From: Anthoceros angustus
Lineage: Eukaryota; Plantae; Anthocerotophyta
Reading direction: 5' to 3'
NCBI GenBank assembly: GCA_010909165.1
Contig: MU008203.1
Coordinates: forward strand, 248,001-312,000
Length of the DNA: 64,000 bases
Each line of letters opens with the position of its first letter. Position 1 is the stretch's first letter. Both the position numbers and the translations under genes were made by a program. This document shows, piece after piece, positions 53,347 through 64,000 of this stretch. The notes below the pieces were generated by a model, which was given only the letters and a program-made list of their open reading frames with translations, searched no databases and was not told the DNA's origin.

Positions 53347-56053
53347 TCAGTACATAGACATAAGAGAGCGATTTTTCACCGTCTTTCTGTGTCCTCTGGA
53401 ATTCAGATGGGTAGAGTACCCAACGTTTACTGTATCCTGATGATCCTTTCCTGGGTTCGAATCCTCCTCTGCACTCCTCTGCTGGCTAAAGAAATTTGGA
53501 GGCAAGGCAGGGGAAGTCGGGGGCAAGGCAGGGGGATTCGGAGGCAAGACAGGGGAATATTCCGGAGGCAAGGCAGGGCTGACAGAGGCAGAACTTGTTG
53601 ACATGGAGCGTTTCTTGTCCGGGATAAGTCCTTCAACCACAGCCCTTCTCTGCAGGGCCGCATATGCCTTCTTCATCCTGAACTTGCTTAAGTGGTGTTC
53701 ACATAAAGAGTATCCACCCTTGGCTCGCAGTGGGCACTGCCAACGACGCCCATCTGTTCGGGCACACTGCTTTCCCTCACTTGACCTCTTATCTTCTTCT
53801 GTAAGAGAGTCCGACAAGTGTCGGTAACGGTTCTCCCTTGCAGTGGCTCTGTCCCCTGCAAGGGCAGCCCTACGCACAGGTCGCTTGACAGTATGTGTAA
53901 CCTCCTGAGACATGATCCTGCCGTCGTCGCTTGAAAGATGGCCATCAGTTAGAGTTGTGGCTCCACTGGACTCGGCCCTTACATCAAAGTCAGCATCGTT
54001 TTCGCTGTCTGCATTCCCAGTAGTCTCACTGTCATAGCTCCCCTCACTTTTGTACTGTATACCATGATCCCTGGTGGCTTTTTCCCACGGGACTTTGCTG
54101 TTCCGTTGCTGAAGATACCCTTGGAGGCTGCCTTGACTCGTACCACCTGGAGTTAAACTTTCCTCTTGCTTGTTTTGGTGCTCGGATTCAGCACTGCGAC
54201 CAAAAGGACAGCCTTCACGATTATTGTGAGCCTGAAGTTTCTCCATCGTCCCATTCGCAACAGATGCCCCCTTCACTTCATCCGGACTGTGGCCATAGCC
54301 TGCATATGGTGACTCTCCATCATCCCCCTTTTCTGGCAGAGAGCTGCACAAGAAGAACCTCCCTTCTTTCACCTCAATGAAGTAGGGACTTAATTGCAGC
54401 TCTTTACGAACTTCTGCCGCTGATAGAGCACCAAGTTCAGGTACATCCTTGTTACCCACTATGAGGACAGCATCCCGGACAGTCAAGCCACGAGAACCGG
54501 CTTCTTGAAAAGCAAGATACAGGGAATGCAGCAACGACCCTATTGGCTTGTTAGACGGATGATCCAAGTCTCTCCCATCGTTGTCATGATTCACTTTCAT
54601 CTTAACCATGGGTCCCATCTCAACAATGAGCTTTTCTGCAATTAACAGAGTCTTAACCTCAGAATGTGCAAATTCACAGCAACAATTCTGCAAGCAGCAC
54701 CAGGGAGACCACTTAAAGGAGCAACAATTTCCAACATCTACCTGCATCTCTTCTCTCCAGAGGGGTGGCATCCCTACTGGAAAACAGAACAGAAAATATT
54801 GTCAGAAAGGCATTGGAGGCAGACAACCACCAAGAAATCTGGTAGCTGGGCACTGTTGTTCACAGAAACATATGCATCGAGCACCTTTGCGCAACTGCTG
54901 GAATTCTTGTGACATCTGCAGCTGCAATGTGAGGCCCTTCAAGCTGGTCCTGAAGCAATTCCAGGCGTTAGAGATGAGTGCAACTTGCAAGGAAGTTGCT
55001 ATGGACTGCATACCGCAGACACGTGTGTATGACGTCCACATCACAAAGAGATCTCACTTGCTCAGAGGGAGAAACTGTAGCATCATGCTTGGCCTCATCT
55101 TTGCGCCCGAAAGCGTCCTCCCAGAGGCTCTCAGCCGTCGACACATGGAGTATCCGAGGCTTCTTCTTCGAAAACCTACCGGTTGTGCCAAAACTACGAG
55201 AATGGTGTGGCGTCCTCGGGCGTTTGAGATGAGGAGATAGTCGGGAATCACAAGACCAGCCTCCACTACCCCCAGAGATCCCCGCCGCATCGGCTTCCTT
55301 CACCTGGGTACCAGAAATCTTGTTCTCTTCCACCTTCCTCCTCTTAACAAACAACACCTTGCCTCCGTCGTCCGGAGTGCTCATAATCTCCGGATCAGAG
55401 CTGCGTCTCGGCGGACTCTGGCTGTCATCATCCGCCTGCGCCATAACATTAAGGTCCACGGGCTCCGATTGTCGCCCCCGCTTCACGGAGGAAGCTCTCG
55501 AATCATGCGCCCGACTGTATCCAGGAACCGCACTTGCACACAGAGACAAAATGGTGGCCGTCGTGTCCTTGATAAGATGACGTAGATCATCGCTGGCCTG
55601 CTGGGCGGAAGAGACTTCCCTCCCTCGGATTGTGGCGGGAGGCGTTGTCACATCCTTCCTGTCCTGCTTACCTTCCACTTCCACGGCGTTACGCCCAGCA
55701 GATGGTTCCAGCTTAACAGCAGCAGCAGTAGCACGCTCTACTGCCTCCCTCCCGTCCGGCAGCCCAGACTCCAACAAATCCACGTTTGCGGTTCCTGCAG
55801 GGCACGTCGCACCAGTCCCATTCTCCCTAGGAGCAGATACATAATGTCCGCCAGGCGTCGGCACCGTCCCTTGTGAGCTGCTCGTACCAGTGACCCGAGT
55901 CCGGATGGAATCGAATACGGACTTGTAGTCTACTCCTCCGCCACCCGGACGCAACCCCTGCTCGAACCCGCTCCCAATCCCAGCTGCAAACGCAGAATGC
56001 AACTGCACATGGCCCTTGGCAAGGAGATTGTTTCCCTTGCGTATCCTCGGCAT
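53347..56053 (-). CDS. WRC zinc-finger protein with a HARE-HTH-like winged-helix region, no QLQ domain; exon 1 56053-55058, two small internal exons, long last exon to 53347
   Basis: WRC motif CARTDGRRWQCPLRAKGGYSLCEHH (~53686-53776). GSLLHSLYLAFQEAGSRGLTVRDAV...FIEVKEGRFFLC (~54340-54545) resembles HARE-HTH. A phase-consistent four-exon model can be built. Confidence 0.75.
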
Positions 56054-58355
56054 GATTCTGGACGGAGCTCAGCGCGCCCGGGACTCAGATGCCTGGGACG
56101 TAGATCTGCAGCAACAGCCGGTGGCCAAAATCAGCACAGCAAATCTTCCCCTCCCCCGCGATCCCACATGCCTCTAGACCCGCCCAACAAAGAAAGCGGA
56201 AACCTGCAGCAAAAAGGCGTTTGCATGCTGCAGCGCAGAAACTCGTCTAGGGATCCAAAGAACAGCAATGACATGACAGTCCAACCGTAGGCACGACCCA
56301 GTAGTTCTGTTCATCGCCAGCGGGAGCAGACTACATGTAAACTGTGTGCAGGACGCGGCAATTGTGGCCAGGCTTGCAAGCGCTGTGCTGACAGAGAGAA
56401 CATCCAGGCCAGGCCAGTCGGGCCAACCCGAAAGTTCTGCTGGCTAGATCAGAAGAATAAAGAGCCAAGACGACGTCCTCGAGAGGCCACCTTCAACAGG
56501 TACAGCAACCGCCGAGGATGCACAAAGGAGAGGCCGATAATTACCGTCTGAATCGGCACAGCCGGGCCCGGGGTGCGGGAGATCAGACCCCCACGGGCCG
56601 CGCGCAAATGAAATGGCTCATTCGGTGTGGGAAGAACTGCAATCGGAGACCACAGATCTGGCAAGGGTTCTGCACTCAGAGGGGAAAGGATAACCACAAA
56701 CACGCACGCTCGGCTCAGCTCAGCTCGGCGCCGCTCCGGGATACTGGAGCACGCAACATGCACAGGTTTTACACAAGGACGACCTGCTTCCAGAAGAAAA
56801 TCCACGTCTCACTCAGAAGCAGGGGCCGGGGCCGAGGCAGCAGAGCACACAGCGAACACACGAGACTGAAGCTGCCTCCGCAGCTGGTATGGAGGCGGGA
56901 AAAGAGCAGAACTTCGACGGCCGCAGTCAGGCGGATCGGAAATGCTGAGAGTGCGGGACCAACGGAGTCCCAAGCGGAGACGGCAGCTGGACCCTGTGAC
57001 TCCTCCAACTGGAGCCACCCGGCCCGGGCGACTCCAGCACCCGACGTGTTCCCCACGCCTCACGGCCACCGGGACGACGCACACTCAATCCGACAGCAGA
57101 AGAGCAACACACAGAGCAGAGACCTGGGGCGAGGCAGTCCCTCCCATCCCCCCTGATCTCCCCTCCCTCGGACCTACAGCCTGGTCCCGCAATCTCAGAC
57201 CCGGTTGCAGATCTCCCCCGACCAGCAGAAACAGCACACAAGCGAGCCTGGGACAGAAATGCTACCTCCAGCCACGCACCCGATCACAGCTCCGTGGGAG
57301 CTTCCCACAACATGCATCTGTGATTCTGCGACGGCGGCGCAGATGCTCGTGTCAATGCTGCCCACATCTCATCCTGGGGACACGGGGACACAGCTCCACC
57401 TGTCTTGTCTACTCCTCGGCCTCTAACATGTAGCCCCAAGAGAGAGACGAGGGTTTTGAGAGAGGTGACGGGCTGCCCGCTGCCCTGCGACTGCCTGCCC
57501 GCGCCGTACGCCTGTCGCGTTGAAAGGCCCCCTGGCCCCCGCCCCCTAATACCAGCGATTGCTATTGCTTTCAAATTTTAAACCCTTTGGCTTTTCCTCC
57601 ATTGCCAATATTCAATCCCATATTATCACCTACCATGCATATGACATTTTGTGATACACGGACAGCATGTAGCCATGTCCCTCTCTTTCTCCACATGTTC
57701 ATCTTGTCTCTATTTGTCTCCACTTATTTTATACAACATCAAACTTTGTTCTTTTACTTATGAAGATAATTTAGTTCGGCACTTTTTTTACCTTGGTTAT
57801 CATGATTTTGCTCTTGATGCTGATGATTTTGTTCTTGATGAAGTTAACGCTTCTTTTCACATTCCAAACACAAAAATCTAACTATATTGTATTATTATAT
57901 AATTTTTAGATTCTTTTATAATATATAATAAATAGTTTCAATACGCTGCCTCCTTTGGGGTGCTATTCGTGGAGTGGAGGACTGAGCGTGACTGGAAGGC
58001 GTGGAAGTTTTGAGATTATGGATTAGAGATGGCGCGAATGCTTCGTCTGGGTTTTGTCCCTTTCGTCCTTTGAGATATTTTCTTACATACGTGTTTTTGT
58101 CCGACTTCGTTAGGCGCATGAAATGCGAGTGAGGGGCAACACAACAAGGACATCCACACTGAGGAGTTTGGTGCGGGACAGCTGGAAGGCGTAATAACTG
58201 TTCTGAACACGCATTGGACGAGACGATATTATACTAATATGAGACTATGCACTAATACCCGCGGGTAGCTTACCTGGGCGGGTAGTGGAGCCGGAGGAAG
58301 CTCTTGCGCGTCTGTGCTTCGGCGGGGAGAGGCGCGACGTCGAGAGGGGGCAGGG

Positions 58356-60923
58356 ATGGCGGGCTTGGCATCGGAGGGCGAAGAGCGGGACATGGAGAAC
58401 GGGGATGTTGGGAAGGATGTGGTGGACGGAGAGGGAAACGGTAGGGGAAAGGGCAAGGGAGGAGCTGAGGGATCAGGAGACGAGGAGATGGAGGAGGCGG
58501 GACCGGGGTTCTTTGTGGCGGTGCATGTTGGCGCCGGCTACCACTCGCCTGCGAGTGCCAAACTGTACCAGAGAGCAATGCGCAGGGCCTGTGTTGCAGC
58601 CGCTGCTGTTCTTACACAGGTGAACACGGGGTCCTGGTTGCGGATTTGCTCCTGTTAGTAGCCGGACGAGCCTTTGAATGCGGAGGTGAAGGCAGGGTGA
58701 AGTTCTGCTTTCGTGTTGGAATAATTTTTATCCTGGAGCTGTTATGGTGATGACAGTGAGGCATTCGTTTTCTGCCTAGCTCGGCCTCACTGGTTTGTAC
58801 CTCTCGGTGACGTGGCAGGGTGCAGGGAGGGGTTTGGATTCCGTGATTGCGGCCATCAAGGTGTTGGAGGTAGGGCGGAATGTGGGAGGTTTTTGGCGGA
58901 ATGCGTCAGGGAGTTTTGAAGATTTAATGCCTTGGCTGATGCGTCTGCTTGCTGGTCAGGATGATGATGTAACGAATGCTGGAAAGGGCTCCAATCTGAC
59001 GGAGGATGGGCATGTGGAGTGTGATGCTAGTGTGATAGATGGGCAGACTGGTGCTTTTGGTGCTGTTGGTGCTGTCTCAGGTGAGTGATACTCTCTGTTT
59101 TTTCTTGTAGCGATGCAGAACCCTTTGAGCTTTGAACCTGGGGTACTGGGGTGGTGGTTGCAGTAAGTCGTTCATGAAAATCGGAATTTGGCTACTTGGC
59201 AGGAGTCAGCAATGCCATTGAGGTAGCAGGATGTTTGGCAAAAGAGAGCAAGAAGGGACCTCTATCTCTTGGCCGAATCTCTCCCGTGTACTTATCCTTT
59301 CTGACTCACTTTCCGTTTGCTGTAGCAAACTGCCTATTGTTTACCGAGAGCTGCATCCTGGACAGATGCATTGGCCACTCAAGTCTACAGTATTTGTGGG
59401 CATGCTATGTGCAGGTTCATGGTAGGAGATGGTGCTCGCGTCTGGGCAGCAAGTCATGGGCTTAGTGCAGCTGCCACTGCTGATGAGGCCGTTAAGGTAG
59501 GAGCCCTGATGGTTGTCACCACAGCATTAGAAGCTCTAACACAGCTGACAAGCTGGCCCCTAATTACTGCCGGCTTTGGACAGTGGCTTCTTACCACAAG
59601 GACACGCAGACAATGGAGTAAATACAAGGGCATGCTCTTAAATGCAGAACAATCAAATGGAGTGATGACTGCTCCATCTGCACGCATCGATTCAGAAAAT
59701 GGTGGTCTTGGGGGACAAAAAGGTTTGGCGACATCAAACCAATGCATTGATATTGGGTTTGTTGTTAGGCTAGAGGTAGCTGACCACGCATTAGTGATGG
59801 CGATAGTTACTTTTTCTTGGAATTGTGCGAAATTGGGGTAGTATGATAATATAGGTTCTTTGTACTGTGGTTAGCACAGGAAAACTCTCGTCGAGGTACT
59901 ATCCAGGAAATGTGTCTTGACAACATGAGCTCTTACTCGCATGAGGATGCACCAGGTGACGACAGAGTTCTGGATACAGTGGGAGCTATCTGTCTCGATG
60001 CTGAAGGAAATATCTCAGCCGGTGTCTCCAGTGGTGGAATCGCCATGAAAGTGAGTCCAGGAAAGGGTAGTTTAGTGACCGGAATGGAAGCTGGTGAGGC
60101 GGTATAGGCTCATTCATGTTTTTACTTTCGTTTTACAGGCCAGTGGACGTGTGGGTGTAGCAGCTGCATACGGATGTGGATGCTGGGCTTGTGAGTCATC
60201 AGATTCGAATCTTGCTGTTGGTTGCAGTGTGTCTGGGGCGGGTGAACAAATGGTTCGCTGTTTTGCAGCCCGAGAATGTTGCTCATCTGCCTTAAAGTAC
60301 GCCCTGCTTGTCCAGCTGCTGATGTTTCTCTGAAGAGCGTGTCCAACCAATCAAAAGGCCAATTTGTCTTGTGCTATTTCACATTCAATTTGTCTTGTCT
60401 AACTCCGTTGTTACTACCCTATGAATCCTCGTCTAGGTCTCAAGGAGGTCCCGCCCGGGCATGCGAAGAAGTGCTGGAGAATATGATGAACCATGCAAAT
60501 TTCGGTGGCACTATCGATGCCGGACTTCTGCTTCTGCAAGCTGAAAAAGAACAGGTGCTTTGAGATCTGCTTTATGTTGTACTCTGTGTAACGGGGTCAT
60601 ACATTCTAAGGAGATAGGCAGATCCTGACTTGTAAGTGTCTCTTTGTCAGGATGGAGCTAAATCTCTGCTCGCAACTGTGGAGCTGATCGCAGCATACAC
60701 TGCCCCATCTTTCGGCATCGGCTATTTTGGAAGCTTCATGGACCGGCCCAAGGTTGACACTTCTGTCTCTACTGTTTCCTTGATTCTTGTGTGCCGAATG
60801 CTGAGACTCAACCCATGCAATCACTTGCGTCTGCAGACCAAAATATTGAGGAGGGTCGGGACCGCGAATTCCCACAAGGTCCGTCTCTTTGCTACGCGCT
60901 TTGTTGTGTCTTCCAGGAGGTGA
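58356..60923 (+). CDS. TASP1: Threonine aspartase 1 (Taspase1, Ntn-hydrolase asparaginase-2 family), about 11 exons
   Basis: [47 protein letters not shown], autocleavage/nucleophile [34 protein letters not shown]. Confidence 0.93.
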
Positions 60924-61520
60924 CGACTAACAGGAACAACTAAGAGTTGGAGGGTTGAGAACGAAGTATCGGACACCATGAACACTTTCTGTCGTCGGCC
61001 GGTAAGTGCGACTGGCTTTGGCGGACAAAAGTCGCAAATCCTGGGCATGCAATGGAAGCTGCCATGTGGAGCCCGCATCAAGGCGCTATGACAGATATTC
61101 AGCAGGATTACGGTGAAAAGGAAAAGGAGACAGCGTGCCCTAGGGAACAACTGCAGATCCCACCAGCGATGTAACTTGGGATGGAGGTGTCGTGTCGCTT
61201 GAGCCTGCGAGGCGAGGAAACACGTTCAGTTCGCCGTCCCAGCTCCATTTTTTTTTGTGTTAGTGATACGAATGTTGGCACCTATTGGAAGCATATCGCG
61301 CATCCAGGGACGAGCCAGATGGACATGCCAGTTTTCTAGGGCTGTTTCGTTCCGCAAATTTAACCCTACACAGGCTGTACTCCATTTAACCAACAGCCGA
61401 TGGATGCGTGAGCGACAATTCTTACAGGCTGCAAAACGTAGATAATTGCGGAAGGCACAGCTGCATCCACCGCCTGCTGTAACAGATAATAGTGATACAT
61501 TACCAAGAGAAAGCAGTGCC

Positions 61521-63004
61521 TCAAACAGGAGGGCGACATCCCTCCATCATAAGCCAGAAGCCAGTACAAACTTCAGAATCGAGTGACTGCTGCACTGCAA
61601 GGAAGTGAAGACCTGAGCAATCCCGTTTAGCAGCCTCCCAGGCCTCAGCTTCCTGGTCTGCTTGTCTGCTTCTGCGGTAGTAGGCATACCGCCATCTGTC
61701 GGCTACACCTGTTGACAGGATCAGACAAGCCCGTTGCTTGTCCACAACTATGGATGACAGCTCCAACGCATTCGTCCAAGCTGAGCAGAAACAAAACTCG
61801 CTCAGAACAGTACTACACAAGCGAGGCCAGGAAACCGTGCTTGCTTTCATGGCCACTTGAAGGAATGAGGAGGGTTCCATACCTGCCAAGGGAGTTGCTC
61901 GAACTGAAGCAACTGCCACGCCAGGAATAACAGCGTCTGGAGGCAAATCCAAACCTAACACATTCATGTCAAATATTTTGCCGAAAGTGGATCCTTGTTC
62001 CACACTTGCCATCTCCTCCAGAACTCCTGGAGAAAGCAACAGAAAGAACGGCATTAGATCACATCCACCAGCCTCGTGTTCCAACGGAGCTTCGACACAT
62101 TCATACCCTACAGTAAAGACACACGGAAACCGTACCAGAAAGGGGTAGCTGGACAAAGGCCCACTGTTCCCCCCGCAAGGTATCTGGCAAATCCTGCGGA
62201 AGAGGCTCTTCGAGCAGCAGCAGAGGGGCAGCACTCTCATTGTAACCCGGGTGCAGCCGGTACACGGTATCATTCCGTTCCCCCAGCCACCGCACCAGCG
62301 TGATACACTGCAAAACCCCCGCTCCATGAATGTAAGCCCCCCGACAATCCCACCATGCCTACACTCACCCAAAATGCATCACCAAACGCACCCTTTGGCT
62401 CGGCACCGGCTGAATATCCAGCTCCGCACAAGCCTTCGAGATGATGGTCTGCATTTGCGAGCTGCCACATTACCCCATCCCAACATCAGCAACCCCAACC
62501 CTCACAACTACTACACCCAACTCAACTCAACCCTGACACCCGAATAACACACCGGAAGAATCGCACTTTCAGCGGCCTCGGCACCCCCAAATTCCCCATG
62601 ATGTACGACAAGGTATCCCTCAAGGTGACGCTGTTGATAACGTTACTAGGGAAGTAACGCGTGAATTCGAGCTGCCGCTTACTGTCGCACACCACGAGCT
62701 CCCACACCTTCTTCCCCCGCGCATCCAGAATGGGGCGGGAGCAGAAATCCAGCTCCCACTCCGTGATAGCCGCGACATCGGCATCCTCCGCCACCCGCTC
62801 CACCACGCCCTCTTCCAGCTGTCCGGCTGCCGCGCCGCTGCTGCGCTCCGCCACCCCGTAGGGCGTGGCCTGCACCCGGCGAATGCCGCGCCCCGAAGGA
62901 CCCGCCTCCAGCGCGCACCTCAGGGGCGCGGCCGGCCTGGTCCTCTCGTCCCTGCCCTGCGAATGCGCCAGCAGGCCCGCGGCCGCCGTGGTGGGCAGGG
63001 GCAT
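61521..63004 (-). CDS. ATAB2: Tab2/ATAB2 chloroplast RNA-binding protein, multi-exon; start codon uncertain
   Basis: [69 protein letters not shown]...LHFLAVQ...CTGFWL...PPV C-terminus. Confidence 0.93.
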
Positions 63005-63260
63005 GGGCAGCCGCTGGAGGCGGGAGAAGGAGTCGGAGGAGCAGGAAGAGGCGGAGGAGGAAGACGGGCGAGGCAGCAGGGGCAGCAGCCTGCCGCTGCT
63101 GCGCCTGCTGCTCCCATCGCCATCGCCATTGTTGCCTTCCCTTCCCTTCCCTTCCCGTCTCTTGCCCCGCCTGCACACGCTGGGCACGCGCTGCAGCCTC
63201 ACCTCTTGCTCGGCCTCCTCGGTCTCCACTTTTGTCAACCTGCCCATAAACACCTCAACT

Positions 63261-63935
63261 TTATATCGATATCTTACCACTGCTGTACTTCAAAGCCTTG
63301 TACATAGGTCTGTATGTAGCTACTAGGGTAGCTAATCTAACACTTTTACTTCCCCATGGCCCCGGTGTAGTGTAGGTGGGATTTCGATCTCTGCATATTT
63401 TTAAAGTCTCTACGTTGCTCAACTTTATTAATATAGGGATGGACACGGAGACTTTTGTATAAAAAGAGATGAAAAATCCCATCCACCCCGAATAAAAAAG
63501 GGGGAAACCCAGCAAAGGGCAGCATGCCAAGGGGACTAACCTAGCACATGCCTGCTCCTTTACATCAATGCCAGACTGTACAGCAAGTTTCTTGTTAGCT
63601 CCAGCTGACTCTCTGAGCCTTGCAATCCTGTCTACTCCTGTGCACCTGCCTGTAGCGGCATCCACATTTGCCACTAGGATGCATGGAGACGCCCGCTGGA
63701 CTGCTCACAAGATCACAAAGCATTCCGCTAGGACAAAAACGAGACTATCAAAGCACTGTGTTACGCTTCCTACATCCCCATGAGTTTTGGCAAGGTACCA
63801 AGAATCGAACAGGCCTTGAGAAGCAAGCAAGAGTAACATTGAGAACTAAAATCAGGCCTTTTTTGCTCCAATCTTCCATACAGAGCAATCGCCTCCTGAC
63901 CCAGCCGTGCCCTGTATTCCCAGCCATCAGCATAC
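63261..63935 (-). CDS. 3' exons of an unidentified spliced gene running in from the window edge
   Basis: Short splice-flanked open segments: [46 protein letters not shown], ...[35 protein letters not shown]...SSGKISI*. Confidence 0.4.
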
Positions 63936-64000
63936 TCAAGCCTGTCACCGCGATTACTCGTTTCAAAATTACCTACAGCCCGGAGAATTTCGTGGTCAGG

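Overview
Gene-dense, GC-rich nuclear DNA of a land plant. Short GT-AG introns and PLS/DYW PPR remnants suggest a lycophyte such as Selaginella (inference). Recognisable genes: tRNA-Ser(GCT), a class C auxin response factor, plastid sigma factor SIG1, two tandem RPS5 copies, GFAT, an F-box protein, a divergent PEBP with a ~520-aa acidic extension, an FkbM methyltransferase, an LCAT-like lipase, a protein combining a HARE-HTH-like region with a WRC domain, Taspase1 and ATAB2. There are also two unidentified spliced gene candidates. Mobile or decayed DNA: a MULE/SWIM transposase relic, two diverged (GTT)n-tailed LINEs, PPR pseudogenes, and an AT-rich island carrying an intronless RING-finger ORF. 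Most notable observations: (1) a near-full-length LINE sits inside a tRNA-Gly-like Pol III unit, and a second LINE ends right at that unit's +1; (2) the ARF miR160 site is mismatched at the slicing position; (3) the atypical PEBP; (4) the orphan RING ORF; (5) the HARE-HTH+WRC architecture; (6) a ~250-bp non-coding element duplicated upstream of two divergent genes. Exon boundaries were read by eye and no database searches were run.
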